Source: Catajapyx aquilonaris (taxonomy: Eukaryota). From it: a stretch of DNA of 32,080 nucleotides. The stretch covers positions 1 to 32,080 of the forward strand of contig KZ539320.1 of NCBI GenBank assembly GCA_000934665.2. Reading direction: 5' to 3'. The position numbers were made by a program, and so were the translations under genes. The notes under the pieces were generated by a model. That model was given only the letters and a program-made list of their open reading frames with translations. It ran no database searches and was not told the DNA's origin. Positions 1-10,340 of the stretch are shown piece by piece (within the stretch, counting starts at the first letter, position 1; the number at the start of each line of letters is the position of its first letter).

Positions 1-50
1 CACTTCCCGAAAGTGATGTCATCAGGCGGCCATCTTAAGATGGCTTATTG

Positions 51-218
51 TTTTTGGATGGGGCACGAGGCAAGGGTAAAGTGAGATACCTGTTACTACT
101 CAGTGGATGGTTCAGCCTTGGACTAGAGATGACATTGATGGGTGTGACAACGTAGGCCTACTTGGCGAAAGGTGGTGACCTTGCAGTATAAGTGAAGCTA
201 CTCGGCACGTGGAAGAAC
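51..218 (+). mobile_element. Possible degenerate 3' end of an RTE-clade LINE
   Basis: Translation across frameshifts gives LDGARGKGKVRY...RPTWRKVV...LLGT followed by gaagaa. This resembles the RTE C-terminus (G.RGRGRP...DR..WR..V...GT*) with its short GAA-type tail. Short and degenerate. Confidence 0.3.
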
Positions 219-219
219 A

Positions 220-1060
220 TACGCTAATATAATGCAGCTTACTCGTACTGCATAGCATACAGAACCTGTACTAAATGCATAATTCAGGTTGATACGACAC
301 GTTATACTGTGTGTACATGTCCCCCCATTTTAATACAAATTTTGCACATTGCCATTGACCTACTTATATATCAGCTGTCGTAACTATATGGAAAAGGAAA
401 CACTAATATTTTCTGAATATTTACATTACTGTGGGGCACAGATGTAACTGGTAAAATATTCTCAATGTTTATGGAACATGTACAGTGCTGAAGTCAATGT
501 GTTGCAAGTTATTTAGTTCTCACACTTGATACACTGTAGGCCTGAATCCAGCTTGTGACACATTTTAACTCTCACTCGACATTTTGCGCACTTTAATCAT
601 TACCTTTTATGCACAGCCTTGCTATAGCACATCTGCTTCCCGCTATAAATCAAGTCGTTTTGTCGCCTTTGAATACAGCTAAAAAAGTTGGCCTCGTTCA
701 TGACAAATTGCATATTACATAATAACAAATGCAGCGTAATTAGAAAGGCCTACTGCCAGCAAGTGATACTCTCCAGATCATCAAATTTCTTAGGATTGCA
801 CAACACGGAAGAAGGTATGGCAGGAGGGGTACCTGAAGTGGAGTCGGGTAATCAAAAGGGGGCATTAAGGTTCCAGCCGAGAGAGAGAGAAGCCCATTCC
901 GACGATTGTTTAACAATCTGGGTAATGGGCGAGATGCCAAACGAGCTGTTAGTCAACAGGAAGGCTGGATATCTCCATTATGACCAGTAACGAGGAGCCT
1001 TCTTGAGTCTTTTGATCAGGTTTCCAACTTACTGATTGGACACATATGTTTGGCAGGCCT
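220..1060 (-). mobile_element. Heavily decayed non-LTR retrotransposon (CR1/L2-like LINE ORF2 remnant)
   Basis: Manual minus-strand translation gives RT-region motifs in the correct order despite stops and frameshifts: VSNQ*VGNLIKRLKK, TGHNG-x-PAFLL, PITQIVKQS, SVLCNPKKFD, SQAGFRP (558-538), IDFS, LPVTSVPHS (degenerate VTSGVPQGS, ~454-428), LKWG-(frameshift)-HV and SKLHYISV (243-220). Confidence 0.55.
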
Positions 1061-2145
1061 TGTCAATATATTTTAGTGGAAGGTCACATATAGTCTTGAA
1101 AGTGGCACCGGATTTAGTCGCATGGTATGTCCCCATCTAAATTCCATGATTCTGATTGGCCTGAAAAGGTCATTCAGGTCAAAACTGGAACACAAGACCA
1201 CCGCCTGATGGTAACATTCCGATGTAATTTCTGGTGTGGCAACTAAATGCTGGAAATGTTCCCATGCCGTGAGAGAATGTACGGCAGGACTATTGTGACA
1301 GGTTGTGTGGAATCGAGAGAGGGTGGGGAGAACAATAGTTTGAAGGGGGGAGGGGTTTGCTATAGTTAGCTTGGTTGATTATACCTCATTGCATGTTGTG
1401 GGAGGCGCAGGGGTAAAAGGAAAACAAACAATGGGGCTGTACTTTGCGCGGTAGGGGAAGTTATGCTGTTAAATATACACACCAATTCCGCCTTGCTGCT
1501 TCGTGGTCGCTGGGTGTTGGCCACCGATATGTTCACTAGTAATTAGCCGAATTTTGGCAGAAGCGTTTAGTTGCAAAATTTTCCCTTTTACGACTAGTAC
1601 AATTGCAGATAATATTGGATCACACACAAACAATACGACAGTGTAAATGTGTCTTAGCTACGGCTACTACGCTCTAAAAAATTCAGAGTGAAAATATTAT
1701 TTCACTTTTAAAAAAAAGAATGAAAATATTTCATTGAAGTTATCGAGTGATTTCCACTCAAAAATAGTAGCAGGAGAAAAATCGAGTGAATATTTTTTAG
1801 TCTTTACGTCCACAATTTCATCTAACCTGTCCTCTCACATTTTGGTTGCACTTTGACCCATAAATCCGGAACCGCACAGTGAGCTATGGCCTAGTACATA
1901 ACACCTTGTTTACACCGACACCCCTCTAAACACACTTGTCGCTATAAATTCAGTCCCACTTCCAGCTGCTAATCCGCCACAATAATTTTACATAAACCCG
2001 CTGTAATTCAGTTACAACGCTGCTGGGTTGCCAGTGTATGTTCATTATTTTATTTTATTTAAAAAAAATTTAAAGGTTGATGTACGTATAGTAGGTGCAT
2101 CTACCTGATGTTATTTGGCATTCACCTGACATCACACAAAAAAAA

Positions 2146-2168
2146 NNNNNNNNNNNNNNNNNNNNNNN
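2146..2168. other. Assembly gap (23 N) between an A-run and a G-run
   Basis: N bases are present in the sequence. Further single-N gaps occur at 14256, 26718 and 26965. Confidence 0.97.
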
Positions 2169-3203
2169 GGGGGGGGGGGGGGGGGGGTTCAACCCACCCT
2201 GATAGTTCAAGGAGACTAGGTTTTGCCCTCTAAAACATTTTTACACTATTAGTGTTCAATACACTAAATCTTTTAAATGAGCAAATGTGAAGGCAAAATG
2301 TTGCAGAACCTGAAGTCATGAGACGTTCATTCTGTCAACACTAGTTGCTGGAATCAACAATCCACCTCTTGAACTTGGGCTGTAACGCCAACAACGTTTC
2401 TTTTTTAAAAGTTAACATTCCATGGCGACAGGATATGCAAATTACTGTTTAATGGAAATTGCTGTATGGTAATTAACGGGGCCCAAATTATACATGGCTC
2501 GCTACCACATCGTTATATAATATAAATTGCGCACATTATATGGCGGGACATAAATCACTATACATCATTATAATATCAAAGTTTAACTATTACATTTTGT
2601 TCGTGACATAATATGGCAATAACTGAGCAATAAATAACGGTTAAATTGTTAATTAAAGTAGACATTTTGGCAAGCTTGCTTGGCATGTAAAAATAAGGAA
2701 GCCAAATTAAGGCCAATCCGATTTTATACCAGCCGTATATATTTTCCACGTGGATGTATTACCAATATCTCTACAAATATTTTTTTTACCAATTTTCTAT
2801 TACGTTTCTTTTGACGTTCATCCAATCTTATAAGCCCACGAGGCCTCCCCCTCCTCGAGTAGATATTAGAACAATAATTCATGCATCCAATGAAGCAACC
2901 TCTTCTAAAAGGAAAAGCACACATGGAAGCACATCAGATAACTGTAAAAATACGAATCCGAAATTTGTAGTTTCGACCAAACCGATAAAAAAAGGGGGAA
3001 AAAAGCGAACAACTGCATCCAATTCCAACCCAATCTCAAGGAGGAAAGAAAAAAAACAACCAACAATGCAGGGTGGAGAAATATGTTATTCTTTCTCTTA
3101 ATTTTTTGACTTGGCACAACCCGCCCTAATTAAGGTGCTAAGTTGATAAATAACAGCCGATTGGGTGGCTACTAGCACCAACTAATCATAATATACATGT
3201 ATA

Positions 3204-3413
3204 CAGGGTGTTTCAACTTTTTCGTACGGAAATATTGCACTATTAGCTGCTGCTTTGTAAGCAGTGACTTGCAACCGGTTGGTCAGAGGAATTGGGAATA
3301 TTCCGGAATATTCCCTGCGAATCTTAGGTTGAAGTGGCATACACTGCTTACAAAGTAGCAGCTTAGTGCAGTATTTCCGATAACTGCTCGGACCAAAAAG
3401 TTGAAACACCCTG
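3204..3413. mobile_element. MITE, Tc1/mariner-like, 210 bp
   Basis: Terminal inverted repeats CAGGGTGTTTCAACTTTT ... AAAAGTTGAAACACCCTG, flanked by TA on both sides (3202-3203 and 3414-3415). The internal arms are also inverted, around a perfect 22-bp palindrome GGGAATATTCCGGAATATTCCC (3294-3315). No coding capacity. Confidence 0.85.
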
Positions 3414-3544
3414 TAGTTACATTTATTGCTAACTTTGTCGTTACCTGTTATTTTTTTAACTCTTATTAACTACTTATACTTATTAACTGCTATTTTCACC
3501 GTTATTTACTATTGATGCTTATTATTCTTGTTACCTGTTATTTT

Positions 3545-3812
3545 AACTGCTAGTGCTAGTTATTAATATCGTTGCCTACTATGACAACTGCTCGTTATTG
3601 ATATCGTTACCTACTATCACAACTGCTAGTTATTAATATCGTTGCCTACTATTACAACTGCTAGTGCTAGTTATTAATATCGTTGCCTACTATTACAACT
3701 GCTAGTTATTAATATCGTTGCCTACACTTACAACTGCTAGTGCTAGTTATTAATATCGTTGCCTACTATTACAACTGCTAGTTATTAATATCGTTGCCTA
3801 CTATTATAACTG
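3545..3812. repeat. Minisatellite, 7 units of 35 or 41 bp
   Basis: Unit AACTGCTAGT(GCTAGT)TATTAATATCGTTGCCTACTATTAC, with lengths 41, 35, 35, 41, 35, 41, 35. Degenerate related sequence lies at ~3420-3544. Confidence 0.92.
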
Positions 3813-3989
3813 AAATTTAATATACTGCCCCTAAATTGTTGTCAGTTGCTATATTAGCAGTAATTTGCTACTAATGAGTGTTGTTATTAGTATTATAGGG
3901 TCAACAAGGATGTTGAGTGTTGAGATCCGGCACACCCCAGCCTGACCATTGAGCCTAGACCGCTACAAATGCGTAGTAAAATATAGTAG

Positions 3990-4309
3990 GAAGAAACTGG
4001 CGCCAGCAGACGGCACCGCCAACTAGCGTCGCCTGCAGCAAACCAGCCCCCCCTCTCCCTCTGCCGGCACACGTGGTTTTGTTTGTTGTGAAGACCGGGC
4101 CAATGGGCGCTCCGTGTCGGCCATCAATCAGCGCCGACGCCGGGTCCGAAACCACACCTCCACCAGCAGGCCGGTCCCGGCAGAGAGTAAAACAGACTGA
4201 GCGAGGCCCTCCGCAACTCACTCTCGGCCTAGTCGCAAGCCAGCGCAGACATGCACTGAAAACCCGGTCCTTCTGGTCCCATTCACTTTTGGCGAGGACT
4301 GATGTAAGA
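3990..4309 (+). promoter_or_regulatory. Probable promoter/5' leader of the headcase gene (GC/CpG-rich)
   Basis: Abrupt switch from AT-rich to GC/CpG-rich sequence. Contains CCAAT at 4100-4104, an E-box CACGTG near 4070 and a CTCF-like CCAGCAGACGGCAC at 4003-4016. The TSS cannot be determined from sequence, and an upstream non-coding exon cannot be excluded. Confidence 0.5.
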
Positions 4310-5007
4310 ATGGCTCCGCGTCGGAACAGCAACAACAACCAGGCACAGCAGCAGGAGAACCAGGCGTCGGCCGGATGCTGCGCTCCGACCGAGTGCCTGG
4401 TAGGTTCGCCCATCTTCCCAGAGGACCTCTCGGAGACGACCAAAGTGGTGTGCAACAACGACCACTGCAACCAAGGGTCGTACATGCACCGCGAGTGCTT
4501 CGAGGCATGGGAGCAGACGGTGCTGACCTACCTCCGAAGCTGCGGTAGAGCCAGAAGCTGGTCGGAGAAGCAGAGGCTGCAGAACCTGTGGACCAAAAAG
4601 GGGTACGATCTGGCGTTTAAGGCGTGCAGTTGCAAGTGCGGGAGAGGTCATCTCCGGAAGGACCTGGATTGGGTCGCTCCTAAGCCGGTCAAGAAGGAGG
4701 AGGACAGCAAGAAGAAGCGGAGGAGACACAAGGCCAACACCAAGCCCGCACTGGCCGTCAGCACACCTCTGCACCACCACCATCCTAATCAACAACAGGG
4801 TACTCCACCAACCCCGGTTGTAACACCACCAGCAGCACCACCGCCCCAGTCAGCTCCGGCTAGAAACCGGGCCAACAGCGTGTCCTCTTCCGGGTCTTCC
4901 GGGGGGTCCTCTCCCGGGTCTCCGGCCAGCCCCACCGAGCCCTTCCCCGGAACCAACACCGGAACCAAAAAGAAGTCCAAATTCGAGTTTTTCTCCGACA
5001 GATCAAG
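4310..5007 (+). CDS. hdc: headcase/HECA homologue, coding exon 1 (N-terminal Cys/His-rich HECA domain, basic patch, His/Gln/Pro/Ser-rich linker)
   Basis: ATG at 4310 gives MAPRRNS, which I recall as the start of Drosophila Headcase. It continues ...VVCNNDHC..SYMHRECFEAWE...RARSWSEKQRLQNLWTKKGYDLAFKACSCKCGRGHLRKDLDW, the characteristic HECA N-terminal motif. The exon ends at donor AAG|gtatgt (GT at 5008), phase 2. Confidence 0.93.
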
Positions 5008-5190
5008 GTATGTCGATTTTACTATAGAAAAACGAGCGAAGCGAGTGTTAACCGCAGGCATAGAAAAAAATGTGAGCGAAGCGAGTGATCCTGTAACCGC
5101 TGTTGGTTATCCGCAAATTGAGCGAATTTTTTAATTCAGTTTGGTGCGGTTCCGATAAGGTGATACAGATCCAACTGATTAGATGATCGC

Positions 5191-5737
<547 letters not shown>

Positions 5738-7133
5738 ATTATCGCAGCGAGTGTGTGGGGGCGATTGTTTGCATATGTGGAGGCCTGCTTTGCGACGAGG
5801 TCAATTTCCTCGCTGAAGGCTGACCAAGTTTATCTCGAGCCCTTGGCAGAGTGCCGAGGGCTCCCCGATGTTTTTTAAGCGAGCGATGTTGCCATATTGA
5901 AAGCGAACGATTTAGCGAACGAATAGCACCGAATTTTAAATCGCGGTTTTGTTCGAACTTGCTAATGTCCTAATGTTAATATAAAATTTGTGCGCAAATT
6001 TGGTGAATAGTTAGGGATTGTGGGGTGAATAGTAGTTTAATAGTTTAGCTAGGAAGTGTGGCATTATGTGTTTGGGAAATGGGCAAGTTGCCTCGGGTGT
6101 TGGCTTTTTGAGTGGGGAAAGAGTAAATATTTGGCAGAATTGTTTTTTTTTTTTTTGCAGAATTTTCGGACCAGCCATGCTTACAATTTCAATAATTAAG
6201 CGGTTGTGTTCCGGGAAGCTAAGGTCGATTCCTGATATGCAAATTAGAGACTGACATAATATGCGATTTTTTTTGCGCAATTTGTGTCTAGCAAGGAAAG
6301 ATGTCTGTTACATAATTTTTTAAATATGTGCTGTATAGTGCTGTTGTTATTGTGTGGTAGGCAGAATTTTTGTGGGAGTAATTTGCACATTCATAAGGTG
6401 GGATTTGCATCCGGGCAGCCTTTGAAGTGTGCGACATGAAAAGAAGCGGTGGATGTGTCGCGAAAATCCGGGATTTTTTTTCTACATTTTTTTGAAGACA
6501 GAAAACAACAGGGGACCAGACAAGTGCAACACCGGATTGTTGCTGTATACAAGCCCTTAGGAGTTTTTTAAAAAAGCGAGATGAAAGAAGCGAGCTGTAT
6601 TGAAAAAAAAACGCCTTTTGCGACACAATGGCGCTTTTTTTAAGGGAAAAATGTAAGGAAATTTTTGTGTAATTTTTGTGAGCAGATGAAACCACCTTGC
6701 AGTTTCCTTAGTTCCAAGGTTGGGTTGCACTCTGTTTATCATGCAAAAAGTTTGTGCAAGACCACTATAAATAGAGCAAGGATTGTGAGTAGTTGTCGTA
6801 GGTCGCCTAAACCCTTTCACAGCACGTAAGCTGTCGTGATGTCCCAGCACCGGTGAGTCTATCGGACACTATAAGTAGCGGATAATAAATTATTCCGAAG
6901 CTTTTATTATTATTATAGGTTTCACAATGGATTTTGGCAATATCGCTTGATTTCACTATGATTTGTTCACATATGTTTTTTAAATTATTTGACTAACATG
7001 CCCACATTCGTCATAGTTTTAATTATGATATGGCATGATCCAGGCGATGTTTCTTGCTCTTCAAAATTTTAAAATTATGTCTGAGAGTATAATTAATGTT
7101 GAATTTAGTGATGTAATCAATTTTTCCGGTTAG

Positions 7134-7148
7134 AGCGCCATCTAGTGG
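7134..7148 (-). promoter_or_regulatory. CTCF-binding motif
   Basis: AGCGCCATCTAGTGG reads CCACTAGATGGCGCT on the - strand, essentially the CTCF core consensus. It lies about 40 bp upstream of exon 2. Confidence 0.6.
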
Positions 7149-7189
7149 TAGCGTCGGTGTACTACATCCATAATTTCTTGTATTTCCAG

Positions 7190-7286
7190 GCACGGATCTG
7201 GAAGCAATAGTATCTTCTCCCGTCGGCTGGATTTCAGCTCCTTCAATGCTCTTCCACGGCACAAGCTGAACTCTTACCACATCAAG
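7190..7286 (+). CDS. hdc: headcase homologue, coding exon 2
   Basis: Acceptor tatttccag| and donor AAG|gtgagt. The 97 nt complete the phase-2 Arg codon and read HGSGSNSIFSRRLDFSSFNALPRHKLNSYHIK, a conserved headcase motif. Not listed in the ORF track. Confidence 0.93.
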
Positions 7287-8833
7287 GTGAGTCGCATTTA
7301 CATTGTGCGGAGTACAGGGTGTAGCACTAATTAAAAGCGGCCGTGAGCGATCCCAATCTGGTCATAACTGTCACGAGCGTTGTCTTGGAGAAGTTTCAGA
7401 AACGTGGGCATTAGGACATGGAATATACGACTGCGTGCTTGTTACGATGTTGCAGAGCAACTGGTTACATACGACAAAAAAAAAGGAGGTCGTGACGCGA
7501 TGTAGGGTCGACCATAAGGGGGCATAGGGTGAGTCATAACTCTTCAGGCGGATACTTCAAGCTGCTTGGTACCGGTACTGTTATTTTCAAGTGGCCTTCG
7601 TATATGGAAAAATTTAAAGAAAACATGGGCATTGACATTTTAAAGGTCAACTTGAATTTTATTGGCTGTTACCGCCTCCTATTAATAAATGCAGGCGGAT
7701 ATTACACTATTTATGCGTTTTGTATGTTTAAAAAAAGGGTAGAAGGGATGTGATTAGTACCGCTTCGATTCGCATGGATGATATTTAGCGTGTCATTTTC
7801 GGGGTCTCATAATAAAAATACGCGTCTTATCCAAGGTTACTTCACGCCTACAGGAGCTTTTTCGTGCTAGTAATCTCATGTAACTTCCTACAAACATGTC
7901 CGATAATCACATGTGCGTTTCCGCATTATATGCCAGTGAAATTGTTTATTATTTATGATGTATATCTGTCTTATCTATATACACATGGAAGTCACTTCTA
8001 GGGTACTGAGAGCACTGAGAGCACTGAAATTTGACACCATGGTAGCTGACGTTTGTGTCAGGCAGGCGGCAGCACTGGTGCCCCCGAAACAAAGGGGGGG
8101 GGGAAATAATTTGTAAGGTTGACAAAAGCTGGATAGCCTTGCTCTTGGGGTAGGTTAGTAGCCGGCTTGGCAAGGACAGAGGACCAAACCCCCCTCCTCT
8201 TGGGCGACGGAAGGTCATACAGGCGCCGGCGCCGATCGAAGAACCTTTTTCCCCACAGACTCTCTCCCTCGTCATCCATTTTTTTCTCTCTCTTCTTCTT
8301 CTTCTTCTTCCTCCAGTTCCCCCACCCCATTCGTTGTAAAGAGATGAAGGGGAGAGAGGAGAAAGTACATTCTAGAGTTGGGAGAGTGACAATCGATGCT
8401 GGAAAAAAGCACGGCTGACAATCTACATCGATTAGACAGCATCCAGGGGAACGAGAAGGCTTTGCGACAGGAGGAAAAGACAATGTTGCCAGGGACAGCA
8501 GGGTTGCCAGATGATTGCTGTTGGCACCCCTGCTCGTTTCATTCTTAAAAAAATGGTAGCAGCAGAGCCTGTTCTTCTCACGAACAAACCAAGCTTGCCC
8601 TTATATATATAGTCCATGTAATATTATGCAAATGATGTGCACACATAAATTTTTAAATATTTTATAGATATAAGTTTGGCAGAGTTTGACCTTCAGTTGT
8701 CCTCTGGGCCCCGCAGGAATGGTGCATTGGGGTAGGTCGTTAATCTGAGTTGAATGCTGCAGCTGGGAAGGGGGGAAAAGTATAGGGGGTGTCATAATGC
8801 GTTCCTTTGTGGGTGGAGTGCAGGCCACCCTCT

Positions 8834-8857
8834 TCTCTCTCTCTCTCTCTCTCTCTC
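8834..8857. repeat. (CT)n microsatellite in intron 2
   Basis: Direct reading of the sequence. A short (TTC)n run also lies at ~8291-8311. Confidence 0.85.
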
Positions 8858-9504
8858 GCTTTTTTGAACATGATGGACAGATGTGCGTTACGCATGTTTA
8901 AAACAGGAAAGAGGGGCACCCGATAGCTAAAAAAAATTGCGAAAGGGCATGGCGGACCTGGTACAAACGTCATCACTTTCACTAGTTGCATTGTTTAATC
9001 GAGATTAATTTATACCCTTGCGTGTGTTAGGTGTCACATATATGAACAATTTACGGGCCGGAGCTTTAACTGTGTGTTATAACGTCCCATATTTTTTTTT
9101 TTTAGAAAGCGATGGGATTTAATTAAAATAATTCATTATCTGCGCGCCACGTGTGTTTTGGAATATATGGGCCGTATGCAGTAATTATATAGGATTACGC
9201 GGTAATGATGTACAGTAATGCGAGAATTAAATATTATTAGCGACCGGGCCGTAATTGCCAGTAATTATGCCACATATATAAATCCCACGGCAGATTTAAA
9301 TTTTTTTCACAAAATTCTGCCACGATAGTATAGTGAAAGGTTCATATGTAAATGAACATATGTATAACTTGATACGTGACGTTCGGCCCCATTGAACACC
9401 ACATACTGGTTAATATCGCGTGACTAAGTGCCAATTGTCATTTGGCATGTACCCAATCAGCTATATTAATTTAATTTAATTTATTAGGCATCATGTCGCA
9501 CATG

Positions 9505-9628
9505 TCGCTATATAGGAGCGATATCGCTTTGTCGTGTTTCGAGCGATTTTTGTGTCTCCGGCGATATCGCTATGCAGGAGCGATATAGCTTTGTCGTGTT
9601 TCGAGCGATTTTTGTGTCTCCAGCGATA
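9505..9628. repeat. 62-bp tandem duplication in intron 2
   Basis: Two near-identical copies of ...AGGAGCGATAT(C/A)GCTTTGTCGTGTTTCGAGCGATTTTTGTGTCTCC(G/A)GCGATA, with units starting at 9505 and 9567. Confidence 0.9.
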
Positions 9629-10151
9629 TCCCTTTATATGTTGATCCAGGTCCCCAAACAATTTCTAGTGTAGATATCTCTCTTCAGAGCAAGAAATATC
9701 GAACCAGCAGCTACAGGAAAGGACCGCGACAATAAAAATGGCGTCTGTGGTTGGCAGCAGGGTTGTCAGAGGCTAAGGACCGTCGCCATGGAGCGGGAGA
9801 ATTGAACGGGCAATGGGTCGTGGGCGTGTTAAAGAGGCTGGGGCTGCCTGGGGAAAAAGGTGGAAGGTAGTTCCTATGGCGACAGATGCTCTTTGCCGGA
9901 TTGACATCCAGAGGCTTTAGATGGGGGATGGTGGTGGAGGGTTGGAAGGGCTTCATTTGCCACCAAGCGAAACGGTGGGGGGTTATTTCCGTCCGTCCCA
10001 CTTTTGGCTAGGGGTTAAGGAAGTTGTGGGGGGGAGGGGGAGGGGAAGGGTAAAGTCTGCACATACATTTAGACGAAGTGTGTACCTTGCATAATCATAG
10101 GTCGTTGCACTTTTTCGTATGACCTAATATTTTTTTTCTGTTGTTTCTTAG

Positions 10152-10340
10152 ATGGAAGACGAAGGGAACCATGGCAACGACGACACCCGTTGCTTCATCC
10201 TGTCCACGCTGGCGGCCACCAAAACCTGCCGCACGTCATGCGTGCTCTGTTATTCGCCCATGATCATATTTGACAGATACCCACTCATAGACGGAACTTT
10301 CTTCCTCAGTCCTCGCCAACATAGCAAGAGCTGTTTAGAG
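10152..10340 (+). CDS. hdc: headcase homologue, coding exon 3
   Basis: Acceptor ttgtttcttag| and donor GAG|gtgagt; 189 nt, phase 0-0. Reads MEDEGNHGNDDTRCFILS...CVLC...FDRYPLIDGTFFLSPRQH, part of the headcase middle/C-terminal domain. Confidence 0.95.

Noticed and set aside
688..1136. 100-aa + strand ORF and apparent - strand exons with AG/GT borders
   Set aside because: The phases do not join into a sensible protein. The region is better explained as a decayed LINE on the - strand.
1669..1800. Series of small GAGTG...CACT hairpins, possibly a MITE relic
   Set aside because: I could not define clear terminal inverted repeats or a target-site duplication.
3545..3812. Regular ~35-41-bp repeats superficially like a CRISPR array
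   Set aside because: There are no unique spacers and no cas genes, and the context is a eukaryotic intron-containing gene. It is a head-to-tail minisatellite.
3955..5061. Minus-strand ORFs (176, 96, 170 and 90 aa) overlapping exon 1
   Set aside because: They are antisense shadows of GC-rich coding sequence with no recognisable motifs.
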